Assembly: GCA_028708605.1 (NCBI GenBank)
Contig: JAQVYS010000003.1
Coordinates: 2,436 to 66,435 of the forward strand
From: Bacillota bacterium
GTDB taxonomy: Bacteria; Bacillota; DTU065
Reading direction: 5' to 3'
Length of the DNA: 64,000 bases
A program made the position numbers and the translations under genes. This document shows, piece after piece, positions 39,606 through 50,297 of this stretch. The first letter of the stretch is position 1, and each line of letters opens with the position of its first letter. The notes beneath the pieces are model-generated. The model made no database searches, had not been told where the DNA came from, and saw only the letters and a list, made by a program, of their open reading frames with translations.

Positions 39606-42071
39606 GTGATTTATGTGCCAAAAGAGATATGGAAGGTATTGCAAATACCAACTTCAAAGCAGGTCGATCTAGCAGAAAAGCTTGGTTGTTCACTGACACT
39701 CGCTCAGATTTTAGCTTTGCGCGGTATAGAGGATCCTGAGAAAGCGCAGCTTTTCCTTAAAGAAGGTGGACCTTTTCATTCTCCTTATAAGTTAAAGGAC
39801 ATGGACAAAGCTGTAAAAAGGATAATAAAGGCTCTAGATAATCAAGAAAAGATTATGATCTATGGAGACTACGATGTTGATGGGATTACAGCTACAGCTA
39901 TCCTCTTCGATCTTCTTGAAGGAAGCAAAGTAGACGTTAGTTATTATCTCCCAGATAGGCTCGAAGAAGGCTACGGTCTTAATATAGAGGCAATTGAGCT
40001 CTTACACCAAAACGGAACCGATCTACTTATTACAGTAGATTGTGGCATAACTTCAGTTGAAATTGCCAAAGAAGCTAAAGAAATGGGTATGGATTTAATC
40101 ATTACGGATCACCATACGCCACAAGACACTCTTCCAGAGGCTATCGCGGTAATAAATCCCCACTTAAATAGTTATCCCGCATCTTTGTGTGGAGCAGGGG
40201 TTGCGTTAAAGTTAGCTCAGGCGCTAAGCAGGGAGGCACCCCATTATTTTCAACTTACCCCACTTACAGTTCAACTAGCAGCCTTTGGTACGATTGCAGA
40301 CATTGTTGATTTAACTGATGAAAACCGCCGCATTGTCAAAAATGGACTCTATAGCATGAACAAAGAACCTATTCCAGGTATTAAAGCCTTAATAGATGCT
40401 ACAGGTATAACAGACAGCGAAATAGATGCAACGAAGGTCTCTTTTGTCTTAGCTCCTAAAATCAATGCAGCTGGAAGAATTGATTCAGCTGAGGTTGGTC
40501 TTAAAATGCTATGTGAAAAGGATTATGAAAAAGCCTTAGAGATTGCCCACAGCCTTTGTCAGTTAAATACAGAAAGACGATCTATAGAAGATGATATTCT
40601 TACTGAAGCAATTGAAATGGCAGATCAGCAATCTCACCACAAGGCGCTTTTAGTCGCGGGTGAAAAATGGCACAGTGGTGTTATCGGGATTGTAGCCTCT
40701 AGGTTAGTTGAAAAATACCATAAACCAGCGGTAGTAGTTGGGCTAGAAGATGAAGTGTGCCATGGCTCTTGCCGCAGCATTGAAAGCTTTGATATCAACA
40801 AGGCTTTAGGGGATCTTGAGGAACACCTAGTCACATTTGGTGGTCACAAGATGGCAGCTGGTTTGTCTGTTAAAAAGGATCAGTTTATCAGCTTTCAAGA
40901 GGCATTTTTTGAATATAGTGATACCCACATAACAGAAGAGGAATTAATTCCTAGGGCTACAATTGATTTGGTAGCAGACTCTAAGCTTTCAACTAGCTTA
41001 GTTGAGGAACTTGCACTGTTAGAGCCTTGTGGTGCCGGCAATCCTAAGCCTGTTATCGGGATAAGAGCTGCAACGTTAGAAAAGGCCTATTTGGTTGGTT
41101 CTAATAGGCATCTCAAGCTTCAAGTAGGATACGCTGGTGAGAGCTATGATGCGATAGCCTTTAATATGGCTCATTTAGAGAAGGAGATCCAAGAGACAGA
41201 AAGTGTAGATATAGCAGGTTATATGCAAATCAATGATTATCAAGGTAGAAGGTCTCTAAACCTGAACGTCAAGCATCTCAGAAAAAGCGATTTTTTATGG
41301 GAGGGCCCAAGCGAGGAGCTTCTATGGCTATTTTGGCAGTCTCTGCCCTCAGGGGAGCTAAACCATTTAGCGACAAAGTGCCTAGAAGGTAAAACACAGC
41401 TTGATCTACCTAAGTGTGGTATTATTTCTACACTTAATGAAATAAAGTCTAGATTGTTTATAAGCCCAAAAGTAACATTTGTCCAAACCTCAAGAGAGAT
41501 AGAAATGCCAACTGTTAAGCCTCAGCTTGTCAAGGGAGAAGCTGGCTTTGTGATAGATGATGATAACAAACTTTTGGCTTTTATTGCCTCAGGGGCTAAG
41601 CAATGCACTTTATCATATTTACCACTAGATTATTGGCTGTGGAGGCTATTTTGGGAGGTCGCCCAAAACTCTGATGTAGTCGGTATTGATTTTGAGAAAA
41701 ATGAGTTTACAAAAGTAATAAGAGCTCATCATATAAAATATCCCAAAGACGATGACTTAAGAAGAATCTATATCTATTTCAAAAGTACAAGCCAAGGATC
41801 GATTTGGCAAGAGAGCTTTCGACAGGGTGCCTTAGATATGCAAAATCGCTATCATAAGCCTTTTAGCGAAGACAGCATTAAAACAGCAGTCAGGATTTTT
41901 GGAGAATTGGGCCTACTAGAGAAAGTTAAAATCAATGGTAGTAATAAAATAGGATATTTACTTAAAGATACTAAGCAAAAACTAGACTTGACGAGCTCTC
42001 TAAGCTATAATGAGGGTATATTTATAGAGCAAGAATTAGACAAGTACGCTATTGAAATAGAAGCGATTTAA
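39606..42071 (+). CDS. recJ: Single-stranded-DNA-specific exonuclease RecJ (with a long C-terminal extension)
   Basis: DHH (IYGDYDVDGITA...ITDHH) and DHHA1 domains; the start is probably the GTG at 39615. Confidence 0.85.
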   Translation: MIYVPKEIWKVLQIPTSKQVDLAEKLGCSLTLAQILALRGIEDPEKAQLFLKEGGPFHSPYKLKDMDKAVKRIIKALDNQEKIMIYGDYDVDGITATAILFDLLEGSKVDVSYYLPDRLEEGYGLNIEAIELLHQNGTDLLITVDCGITSVEIAKEAKEMGMDLIITDHHTPQDTLPEAIAVINPHLNSYPASLCGAGVALKLAQALSREAPHYFQLTPLTVQLAAFGTIADIVDLTDENRRIVKNGLYSMNKEPIPGIKALIDATGITDSEIDATKVSFVLAPKINAAGRIDSAEVGLKMLCEKDYEKALEIAHSLCQLNTERRSIEDDILTEAIEMADQQSHHKALLVAGEKWHSGVIGIVASRLVEKYHKPAVVVGLEDEVCHGSCRSIESFDINKALGDLEEHLVTFGGHKMAAGLSVKKDQFISFQEAFFEYSDTHITEEELIPRATIDLVADSKLSTSLVEELALLEPCGAGNPKPVIGIRAATLEKAYLVGSNRHLKLQVGYAGESYDAIAFNMAHLEKEIQETESVDIAGYMQINDYQGRRSLNLNVKHLRKSDFLWEGPSEELLWLFWQSLPSGELNHLATKCLEGKTQLDLPKCGIISTLNEIKSRLFISPKVTFVQTSREIEMPTVKPQLVKGEAGFVIDDDNKLLAFIASGAKQCTLSYLPLDYWLWRLFWEVAQNSDVVGIDFEKNEFTKVIRAHHIKYPKDDDLRRIYIYFKSTSQGSIWQESFRQGALDMQNRYHKPFSEDSIKTAVRIFGELGLLEKVKINGSNKIGYLLKDTKQKLDLTSSLSYNEGIFIEQELDKYAIEIEAI

Positions 42072-42152
42072 GTTATCGATTTTCTTTACCACTTTACTAT
42101 TTAGTTAGAGTTTAGTAATAAAGTGGGCATATCTGTATTGGGGGTACAACAG

Positions 42153-42665
42153 ATGGATTTTAGCACTAAAATAAGAACAATTGAAGGTTTTCCAAAAGAG
42201 GGAGTAAGCTTTAAGGATATCACCACGCTCTTTCAAGATAGTGAAGCTTTCCATGCCTTAATCGATACTCTAAAAGAACACTACAAAAATGAAAAGATCG
42301 ATACTATTGTTGGTATCGAATCACGTGGCTTTTTAGTTGGCGCGCCACTTGCTTATGCATTAGGAGCTGGGTTTGTTTTAGTACGCAAACCAGGCAAGCT
42401 GCCAAGTAAGGTTGAGAGGGTTGAATATGAACTAGAATATGGTTCTGACGCTCTGGAGATACATGCAGATGCTCTCAAACTTGGAGAGAGAGTTGTTATT
42501 TGTGATGACTTACTTGCTACAGGCGGAACCACTAGAGCAACTGTTGATCTAGTAACGAAATTAGGCGCTGACGTAGTAAGTTTAGCCTTTATTATCGAAT
42601 TAACATACTTGAATGGACGCGATAAGTTAGAGGGCTATGATATCTTTTCTTTAGTTAAATACTAA
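42153..42665 (+). CDS. apt: Adenine phosphoribosyltransferase
   Basis: [16 protein letters not shown] motif; ATG 8 nt after GGGGG. Confidence 0.9.
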   Translation: MDFSTKIRTIEGFPKEGVSFKDITTLFQDSEAFHALIDTLKEHYKNEKIDTIVGIESRGFLVGAPLAYALGAGFVLVRKPGKLPSKVERVEYELEYGSDALEIHADALKLGERVVICDDLLATGGTTRATVDLVTKLGADVVSLAFIIELTYLNGRDKLEGYDIFSLVKY

Positions 42666-42730
42666 TAAGTAAGGAGCAGTCATGAGTGGCCGCTCCTTAT
42701 CTCAAATTACAAAAAGGAGGGCAGTGTCGT

Positions 42731-44881
42731 ATGGAGATAGGTGATCTATTGCAAAGAATGAGGCAGTATACATCAGAAGATGGCTTAAAGCTTGTTAAAA
42801 AAGCTTATGAGTTTGCCAAGAATGCTCATGATGGGCAGTTTCGTGAGTCTGGCGAAGCATACATCGAGCATCCTCTCGAAGTGAGTTATATTCTTGCTGA
42901 TTTAGAGCTCGATGTGGATACCATTGTGGCAGGGCTCCTACACGATGTAGTTGAAGATACTGCCATCCGAGAAGAAACCATTAAAGAAGAATTTAACGAA
43001 CAGGTAGCACTGCTTGTAGATGGTGTAACTAAACTTGAAAAGATTCCTACGCTTTCTAAGGAAGAGCAGCAGGCTGAAAACATCCGGAAGATGTTTTTAG
43101 CAATGGCAAAGGATCTACGCGTGGTCTTGATTAAACTTGCAGATCGTTTAAACAACATGAGAACCTTACGCTACCTCTCCCCTGAAAGACAAAAGAAGAA
43201 TGCTCGGGAGACTTTAGAGATCTATGCCCCGCTTGCTCATCGCCTTGGTATGTGGCGAATTAAATGGGAACTAGAGGATCTTGCTTTTCGCTACCTATAC
43301 CACGATGAATACTACTACATTGTGGAGAAAGTCGCCAAAAACCGCAACGAACGTGAGACATTTATTAATGATGTTATAGAAAAGCTAAAGACGAGGTTAG
43401 AAGAGCTGGACATCCATGCTGAGATCTATGGTAGACCTAAACACTTCTATAGCATCTATCTAAAAATGGTAAAGCAGGGCAAAGAGTTTGAGGAGATCTA
43501 TGACTTAACCGCGGTTAGGGTCATTGTTGATTCTGTTAAAGACTGCTATGGGGTTTTAGGCACAGTCCATACACTGTGGAAACCAATGCCTGGACGTTTT
43601 AAGGACTACATAGCAATGCCTAAATCCAATATGTATCAATCTCTCCATAGCACAGTAATCGGTGATAACGGTGAACCGTTTGAAGTGCAGATTAGAACAT
43701 GGGAGATGCACCGCACTGCAGAGTACGGAATTGCAGCTCACTGGAAATATAAAGAGGGCTCAAAAGGCCACGAATCAATGGATGAGAAGCTCACTTGGCT
43801 AGGACGGATCTTAGAGTGGCAAAGAGAAATGAAGGATGTTGAAGAGTTCATGGAGACTCTCAAGATCGATCTCTTTGAGGATGAGGTTTTTGTCTTTACA
43901 CCTAAAGGCGATGTGGTAACCCTGCCGACTGATTCTACACCTGTAGATTTTGCCTATGAAGTGCATACAGCGGTAGGAAACACCTGTGTAGGGGCTAAGG
44001 TCAACGGTAAAATTGTGCCTCTTGATTACAGATTAAAGACTGGTGAGTTCGTCGAGATCCTTACATCAAAGCATTCGTCTCCAAGCCAAGACTGGATAAA
44101 TTTTGTTAAGACTTCAAAAGCCAAAAATCGTATACGGCAAAAATTAAGAGAGCTCCAAAGAGAAGACTCTATTGTTAAGGGTAAGGAGCTTTTGCAAAGA
44201 GAATGTCGCCGTATGGAGTGGGAGCCTAGTAGCCTACTTCTGATAGATAAGCTTGAGGAGCTATCAAAAGACTTGAATTACAGCTCAATTGATGATCTTT
44301 ACGCTGCAATCGGTTATGGTACGATTACCTCTGGCAGTGTTTTAAGAGCCTTAGTTGGAGATAGGGAGTATAATGCTAGAAAACGGGATCTTAGGACTAA
44401 GCAGCTAGTTAAGTCTAGCCAGAAGGTTGTCAAACCTGGCGCTGCAGTAAGTGTAAAGGGCACAGACAATATGTTGATAAAACTCGCAAAATGTTGTTCG
44501 CCAGTGCCTGGAGACTCAATTCTTGGCTACATTACTAGAGGACGTGGAGTAACAGTTCATCGCAGGGACTGTCCTAATGTAGAGGACTTAGGCGATGAAA
44601 GGCTTCTTGAGGTGACATGGGACGAAACAGACTCAGGATACTATCCTGTTGAGCTTCATCTTGAAGGCTATGATAGACCAAATCTACTAACCTCAGTTAT
44701 GGCTGCTTTAACCGATAGTAAGACCACTACTGCTGCTGTCAATGCTAGGGCATTAGACGATGGTAGAGCTAGTATTCAGCTGGTTGTAAATATCGAGAGC
44801 ACCTCAGATTTAGAGATGGTTATGAATCGCTTAAGACAAGTTAGAGGGATTGTTTTGGTTACTAGAGCAAGACCCACTTAA
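42731..44881 (+). CDS. relA: Bifunctional (p)ppGpp synthetase/hydrolase RelA/SpoT
   Basis: HD hydrolase, synthetase, TGS and ACT domains; ATG at 42731 after AAAAGGAGGG. Confidence 0.9.
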   Translation: MEIGDLLQRMRQYTSEDGLKLVKKAYEFAKNAHDGQFRESGEAYIEHPLEVSYILADLELDVDTIVAGLLHDVVEDTAIREETIKEEFNEQVALLVDGVTKLEKIPTLSKEEQQAENIRKMFLAMAKDLRVVLIKLADRLNNMRTLRYLSPERQKKNARETLEIYAPLAHRLGMWRIKWELEDLAFRYLYHDEYYYIVEKVAKNRNERETFINDVIEKLKTRLEELDIHAEIYGRPKHFYSIYLKMVKQGKEFEEIYDLTAVRVIVDSVKDCYGVLGTVHTLWKPMPGRFKDYIAMPKSNMYQSLHSTVIGDNGEPFEVQIRTWEMHRTAEYGIAAHWKYKEGSKGHESMDEKLTWLGRILEWQREMKDVEEFMETLKIDLFEDEVFVFTPKGDVVTLPTDSTPVDFAYEVHTAVGNTCVGAKVNGKIVPLDYRLKTGEFVEILTSKHSSPSQDWINFVKTSKAKNRIRQKLRELQREDSIVKGKELLQRECRRMEWEPSSLLLIDKLEELSKDLNYSSIDDLYAAIGYGTITSGSVLRALVGDREYNARKRDLRTKQLVKSSQKVVKPGAAVSVKGTDNMLIKLAKCCSPVPGDSILGYITRGRGVTVHRRDCPNVEDLGDERLLEVTWDETDSGYYPVELHLEGYDRPNLLTSVMAALTDSKTTTAAVNARALDDGRASIQLVVNIESTSDLEMVMNRLRQVRGIVLVTRARPT

Positions 44882-44922
44882 TAAAGGAGATGACAAAAAG
44901 CTGGTAGTAGTCAGCTTAAATT

Positions 44923-45384
44923 ATGCTTGCCCTAATACAACGTGTTAAAGAAGCTAGAGTAAGTGTAGAAGATAAAACTGTATCTAGGATAAAAAGTGGG
45001 CTTTTAGTTCTGCTTGGTATTGTTAATGGTGACCAGCTAAGAGACGCTGATTATCTGGCAGAAAAAATAGTGAATCTAAGAGTTTTTCCCCAAGAAAACA
45101 AAGACTTTGATCTATCAGTAAAAGATATTGGGGGCGAGATTCTTATAGTCAGTCAGTTTACCTTAGCAGGAGATTGCAGAAAAGGCAGAAGACCAAGCTT
45201 TTCTGATGCTATGAGCCCAGAGGAAGCTAAAAAATACTATGAGTATACAACAGAGATTCTAAAAAAGCAGGTCCCTGTAAAGACTGGTATTTTTGGAGCT
45301 CATATGGATGTTAGCTTAATCAACGATGGTCCTGTAACTCTTTTAGTTGATAGCAAAAAAGGAGCAAAAAAAGATGAAAATTAA
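44923..45384 (+). CDS. dtd: D-aminoacyl-tRNA deacylase
   Basis: MLALIQRV...SQFTL motif. Confidence 0.9.
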   Translation: MLALIQRVKEARVSVEDKTVSRIKSGLLVLLGIVNGDQLRDADYLAEKIVNLRVFPQENKDFDLSVKDIGGEILIVSQFTLAGDCRKGRRPSFSDAMSPEEAKKYYEYTTEILKKQVPVKTGIFGAHMDVSLINDGPVTLLVDSKKGAKKDEN

Positions 45385-45991
45385 GACCGTAAAGACAAGT
45401 CTTTCAAACTCCTATATCATCATAGATAAAGATCAAAACGACAATCTATGTGCAGTGGTTATTGATCCTGCGTTAGAGTTAGAGGAGGTTTTAGAGTTTG
45501 ATGTAGTGATGTGCCTTGCAACTCATGGGCACGCTGACCATATTAATAACGCGAAGTTAATTTGCGATCACTACCAGATACCTCTCTTTCTTCATAAAGA
45601 CGAAGCAATCTATGCTAAAGACGATAGCTTTAACTTAAGCCATTATGTAATTCAAAGACCTCTAGCTAAAGTAAAAGATTTAAATTTGCTTGAAGATAAT
45701 CAGGAACTAACATTTTTAAACCACACTCTAAAGGTATGGCATACCCCAGGGCATACCAAGGGCTCTGTAATGTATCTTTTAGACAATCACTATCTTTTTA
45801 GTGGCGATACTGTTTTTAAAGATGCGATTGGCCGTACTGATCTGCCTGGTTCAAGCAGTAAGGTTATGAGCAACACTTTAGCTAAATTAGCCGAGATTGA
45901 CTCTGATTATAAAGTTCTACCTGGACATGGCATGGTTACGAGCTTTAAGGAAGTAAAACATCAAATGGAATATTGGAGGAGGCTGCTTTAA
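45374..45991 (+). CDS. MBL-fold metallo-hydrolase
   Basis: HGHADHI...HTPGHT...LPGHG. Confidence 0.75.
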   Translation: MKIKTVKTSLSNSYIIIDKDQNDNLCAVVIDPALELEEVLEFDVVMCLATHGHADHINNAKLICDHYQIPLFLHKDEAIYAKDDSFNLSHYVIQRPLAKVKDLNLLEDNQELTFLNHTLKVWHTPGHTKGSVMYLLDNHYLFSGDTVFKDAIGRTDLPGSSSKVMSNTLAKLAEIDSDYKVLPGHGMVTSFKEVKHQMEYWRRLL

Positions 45992-47427
45992 TGTGTTCTC
46001 CTTCCATTGAGGCGCCTAAATACTTGTTAGAGACTGTATATGGCGCCTTAAATATTTTCGAAGATAATCCTCTGTTAAAAGACTTAAAAATAAAAGTTAA
46101 AGAGGAAAGAAGTGGGATATCTGTAGAGGTAATAGGACCAAGAGGTAGATCAATCTTTACAACTAGCAATATTTTCTGTGACGACCGAAGATGGAAGACA
46201 GGTGATCTAAAACAGAGACCACACCAACTTACGAAAACAGCCGTAGTATTTGCTCTTGCAAAATATACAGGAGAAAATCTCTACTGGGGATCTTTAGAAG
46301 GTGTAAGGCCAAGCAGACTTTATAGATTTCTTAGGGAAAGAGGATTTGATGCAAATGAGACAGAATTAATACTAAAATCTATTTATGGTGTAAACGGCGA
46401 AAAATCAAGTCTTCTAGAAAGTCTCTATGAAAAACAGAATATTTTTTTAAAAGGCGAAACTAAAAATGGCATAAGCTTATATGTGGGTATCCCTTTTTGT
46501 CCCACTAGATGTAGCTATTGTTCTTTTCCAGCGTATCCTCTTAAAACTCATGGTCATTTAAAAAATGAGTTTCTTCAGGCTCTGCTTTTGGAGCTTAAAG
46601 AAATAAAAAGTTTCTGTGAATCAAACAGTTTAGCTGTAAAGAGCGTCTACATAGGAGGTGGTACTCCTACTTCGCTTACCAAAACAGAACTATCGAGCAT
46701 CTTAGAATTACTGCCAAAGACTGATGAGCTGACAATAGAGGCTGGTAGACCAGATACTATCGATTCAGAAAAACTAGCGATATTTAAAAAGGCAGGTGTT
46801 GAAAGAGTCTCGGTTAATCCGCAGACTTTAAATGAAAAAACATTAAAATTAATTGGCAGGGATCATACTGTAGAAGAGTTTTTTAGAGCGGTAGAGGAAG
46901 TTAGAAAGGCAGGCATACCTGTTTTAAATATTGATTTAATTGCAGGCCTGCCAGGTGAGAATCTAACTGATATGCAAAACACTGTAAATCGAATCTTGGA
47001 GCTTGATCCTGAAAATGTCACTGTGCATACATTAGCTCTAAAAAGGGCTTCTTTATGGTATAAGGATGTAAAAAAGTGGTCTCTCCCTAGTTCTACTGTT
47101 ACTGAAGAGATGGTAGATGAGGCAAAGAAAAAACTCATGCAAAAAAGCCTTAAGCCGTACTACATGTACAGACAAAGACATATGGCGGCAAACTTGGAGA
47201 ATATAGGTTATGCAAAAAGAGGCGCAGAGTGTTATTATAATATTGTTATGATTGAAGAGCTTCAGACTGTAATTGGAGTAGGAGCAGGAGCTTCAACTAG
47301 ATTTGTTGGAGAAAGGATCTCGAGGGTTGTCAATCCCAAATGCCCATCAATGTATGCTAAGAGAGTAAATGAATTAATTAGGGAAAAAAGGGAGTATCTT
47401 GCTCAGCTACTTAGCTTATCTAATTGA
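45991..47427 (+). CDS. Radical-SAM coproporphyrinogen dehydrogenase-like protein (HemZ-like)
   Basis: GIPFCPTRCSYCSF cluster motif; 478 aa; ATG overlaps the upstream stop (TAATG). Confidence 0.7.
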   Translation: MCSPSIEAPKYLLETVYGALNIFEDNPLLKDLKIKVKEERSGISVEVIGPRGRSIFTTSNIFCDDRRWKTGDLKQRPHQLTKTAVVFALAKYTGENLYWGSLEGVRPSRLYRFLRERGFDANETELILKSIYGVNGEKSSLLESLYEKQNIFLKGETKNGISLYVGIPFCPTRCSYCSFPAYPLKTHGHLKNEFLQALLLELKEIKSFCESNSLAVKSVYIGGGTPTSLTKTELSSILELLPKTDELTIEAGRPDTIDSEKLAIFKKAGVERVSVNPQTLNEKTLKLIGRDHTVEEFFRAVEEVRKAGIPVLNIDLIAGLPGENLTDMQNTVNRILELDPENVTVHTLALKRASLWYKDVKKWSLPSSTVTEEMVDEAKKKLMQKSLKPYYMYRQRHMAANLENIGYAKRGAECYYNIVMIEELQTVIGVGAGASTRFVGERISRVVNPKCPSMYAKRVNELIREKREYLAQLLSLSN

Positions 47428-47453
47428 CAACCTCTGTAAAATTCGGGTAAAAT
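47424..47453 (+). promoter_or_regulatory. Sigma-A promoter (TTGACA-18-TAAAAT) for the parvulin gene
   Basis: Consensus hexamers 40 nt upstream of the TTG start at 47495. Confidence 0.5.
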
Positions 47454-47494
47454 GATATAGTATTTGCTGAGCAATGCTAAGGAGGGGAAAAGTT

Positions 47495-48961
47495 TTGACT
47501 TTCATGTCTAAACTTCGTGCTAATACTAAAGCCATTCTAGTGGCTGCAGGTCTTTTATTGGTTATAGGAACAGTGGCAGGTTATGTTGCGATGGCAGGAT
47601 CAACACCAAAAGCTCCATCTAGGTATGTTGCAGAAATCAATGGAAAGAAAATTGATAGAACCCAGTTCGAAAGAAATTTCGCTATGGTTTGGCAACAAAA
47701 ATACCAATCAAGTTATGGTCAACTTACCGGATTTGACATAGAGCCTATGAAGGCACAATATTTGATGCAAGTATTGTTACAGGAAGCCCTTCTTGATGAA
47801 GCAAACAAAATGAAGATAGTAGTTAGCGATGACGAAATCAATGAATCCATAAAAGATATTGAAGAACAAGTCGGTGGCGCTGACGAGCTTAAAGCACAGC
47901 TAGAGTATAGTAACATTACCATGGATCAGTTAAAAGATGATATTAAAAAATCTTTGCTTCTTACTAAACTACAAGATGATATTGCTAAAGACATTACTGT
48001 AAACGATGAGGAGATTCGCGCTCAATTAGAGGAAGTTCAAGCAAGTCACATCCTTGTAGAAGATAAAGCTTTAGCAGATAACCTTCTTCAACAAATAAAA
48101 GAAGGTGCAGACTTTGCAGAGCTTGCAAAAGAACACTCAGAAGATCCAGGTTCTAAAGAAGATGGTGGCAACTTAGGATTTTTTGGCCGTGGTGTAATGG
48201 TAAAAGCGTTCGAAGAAGCTGCTTTTGCTCTTGAAGTAGGAGAGGTTTCTGATCTTGTTGCATCTGATTATGGTTATCATATTATTACTGTTACAGATCG
48301 TAAAACTGTAGATGACAAAACCTTTGACGAGAAAAAGGAAGAGACCAGAGAGACACTTCTAAATTCTAAGAAAAGTAGCGTTATCACAGATTATGTCATG
48401 GCTCTAGAAGACAAGTCTAATATTGTTATTTATGACGCACAACTAAAAGGTTACCAGGCCATGGGAGAAGGCAGAGTTGAAGATGCAATCAAAGCATATA
48501 ATGAAGCTTTAGAGTATGCACCCAATGATCCATATCTCATGATCTCTCTAGGCGAAGCTCATCGTAGAAAAGGTGATCTAGATGCAGCATGGGATCTTAA
48601 TAAGAAAGCAGCTAATGTTTCTAATGATCCATATGTAAAGATTCAGATGGCTTTAGTTGGAGAGACTAAGATCCGTAATCTTATTAACGCTCAAGAGACT
48701 GAAGAAGAAAAGAGTGTCTTTGAGTGGGCAAGTGCAGATACTGAAATAGGTAGCCTCTATACTGATATTTCAACTGCCCTAGACAAAGCCTCAAGCGATG
48801 CTGGCAATGATATTATGGCTCATTACCAGTTAGCTCAAGTTTATAGTTACTTTGGTGATAAAGAAAGAGAAACAGCTTCAATGGCTAAGATCTCAGAGAT
48901 TACTGCACAATTGTATGGGAATGAAGAGGACACAGAGGCCGAAGCTGAAGTCACTGAGTAA
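47495..48961 (+). CDS. Membrane-anchored parvulin-type peptidyl-prolyl isomerase (SurA-like N-domain, PpiC domain, TPR-like acidic C-terminus)
   Basis: N-terminal TM segment; SHILVED...GGNLGFF...GYHIITV PpiC signature; the TTG at 47495 is 7 nt after AAGGAGGGG. Confidence 0.75.
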   Translation: MTFMSKLRANTKAILVAAGLLLVIGTVAGYVAMAGSTPKAPSRYVAEINGKKIDRTQFERNFAMVWQQKYQSSYGQLTGFDIEPMKAQYLMQVLLQEALLDEANKMKIVVSDDEINESIKDIEEQVGGADELKAQLEYSNITMDQLKDDIKKSLLLTKLQDDIAKDITVNDEEIRAQLEEVQASHILVEDKALADNLLQQIKEGADFAELAKEHSEDPGSKEDGGNLGFFGRGVMVKAFEEAAFALEVGEVSDLVASDYGYHIITVTDRKTVDDKTFDEKKEETRETLLNSKKSSVITDYVMALEDKSNIVIYDAQLKGYQAMGEGRVEDAIKAYNEALEYAPNDPYLMISLGEAHRRKGDLDAAWDLNKKAANVSNDPYVKIQMALVGETKIRNLINAQETEEEKSVFEWASADTEIGSLYTDISTALDKASSDAGNDIMAHYQLAQVYSYFGDKERETASMAKISEITAQLYGNEEDTEAEAEVTE

Positions 48962-48999
48962 TACAAAGACAAGCGTAACTTTTTGATGAAAAAGATTTC

Positions 49000-49038
49000 G
49001 GGAAGTGGTGGCACTTGTCACCACTTCCCTTTATAATT
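49000..49038 (+). terminator. Rho-independent terminator 24 nt upstream of hisS
   Basis: GGGAAGTGGTG-gcacttgt-CACCACTTCCC followed by TTTATAATT. Confidence 0.75.
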
Positions 49039-49061
49039 AGGGATATAACGAGGTGGTAAAA

Positions 49062-50297
49062 GTGATATCGCGGCCAAAAGGGACCAATGATTTACTCCCG
49101 GAGGACATATGGCGTTGGCAAAAACTTGAATTACTTATCCGTGAAGAGTGCGCTAAGTTTAATTATCAAGAGATACGTACACCGATTTTTGAAGAGACAG
49201 GACTTTTTCAAAGAGGATTAGGTGAAGCTACAGACATAGTCGAGAAAGAGATGTACACCTTTAATGACAAAGGTGGAAGGAGCATGACTCTGCGTCCAGA
49301 AGGAACTGCATCTGTAGTTAGGGCTTATGTAGAGAACAACTTAAAAGGTACAGGTTTGCCTGCAAAACTGTATTATTTGGGACCTATGTTTCGCTATGAA
49401 AGGCCTCAAGCGGGAAGATACAGACAGTTTCATCAGTTTGGAATTGAATGTTTTGGCTCATCTGAGCCCTCATTAGATGCTGAAGTAATCATGCTTGCCT
49501 ATGGCATTTATACAAAACTTGGTGCAAAAAACGTGGAATTAAAGCTTAATTCTATTGGTTGTCCAAACTGTCGTCCAAACTATCTAGAAAAGTTAAAAGA
49601 AGCGTTAAAAGAAAACCAGGAAAGCCTCTGCTCTAATTGTAGAAAGCGTTCTTTAACTAATCCGTTACGAGTTCTAGACTGCAAAGAGAAAGGCTGCCAA
49701 GCGACAATTAGTGCTTTACCACGCATCACTGATTACCTTTGTACAGATTGTAGTGATCATTACACAGAGGTAAAAGAGACACTTACGCTTTGGAACGTTG
49801 ATTTTGTAGAGGATTCACGCCTGGTTCGAGGCTTAGATTATTACACAAAAACAGTCTTTGAGTTTAGCGTGGAAAATTTGGGAGCTCAAAATGCTGTAGG
49901 TGGTGGAGGGCGCTATGATAAGCTTGTCGAAGAGATTGGTGGCGAGCCAACCCCTGCTGTAGGGTTTGCTATGGGTATCGAACGGACAATTTTGGCTGTA
50001 GGAGATGCCTGGCAAAAAGAACCTGATGTGGATCTATATATAGTCATAATAGGTGATACCAAAAAAGAGGCTCTACTAGAGCTAATTCGAGCTAGAAAAC
50101 AGGGTTTAAAAGCCGAAATGGACCACTTAAACAGATCTGTAAAAGCCCAGTTTAAGCAGGCTAACAGGCTAAATGCTAAATACTGCCTAATTTTAGGTCC
50201 TGATGAAATCAAGCAAGGAAAAGTTAAATTAAAAAACATGCGAGATGGTGAAGAAATCCAGTTAACACTAAGTGACTGGCTAGGGGGCATAAAATAA
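49062..50297 (+). CDS. hisS: Histidyl-tRNA synthetase
   Basis: Class II motifs (RPEGTASVVRAY, FHQFGIE, GGGRYD); GTG at 49062 after GAGGTGG. Confidence 0.9.
   Translation: MISRPKGTNDLLPEDIWRWQKLELLIREECAKFNYQEIRTPIFEETGLFQRGLGEATDIVEKEMYTFNDKGGRSMTLRPEGTASVVRAYVENNLKGTGLPAKLYYLGPMFRYERPQAGRYRQFHQFGIECFGSSEPSLDAEVIMLAYGIYTKLGAKNVELKLNSIGCPNCRPNYLEKLKEALKENQESLCSNCRKRSLTNPLRVLDCKEKGCQATISALPRITDYLCTDCSDHYTEVKETLTLWNVDFVEDSRLVRGLDYYTKTVFEFSVENLGAQNAVGGGGRYDKLVEEIGGEPTPAVGFAMGIERTILAVGDAWQKEPDVDLYIVIIGDTKKEALLELIRARKQGLKAEMDHLNRSVKAQFKQANRLNAKYCLILGPDEIKQGKVKLKNMRDGEEIQLTLSDWLGGIK

Noticed and set aside
48962-49061. Expected a T-box leader upstream of hisS-aspS, as in B. subtilis
   Set aside because: Only 100 nt separate the parvulin stop from hisS. 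Apart from a single strong terminator hairpin there is no specifier or T-box consensus (no AGGGUGGNACCGCG), and the hairpin is best read as the upstream gene's terminator.
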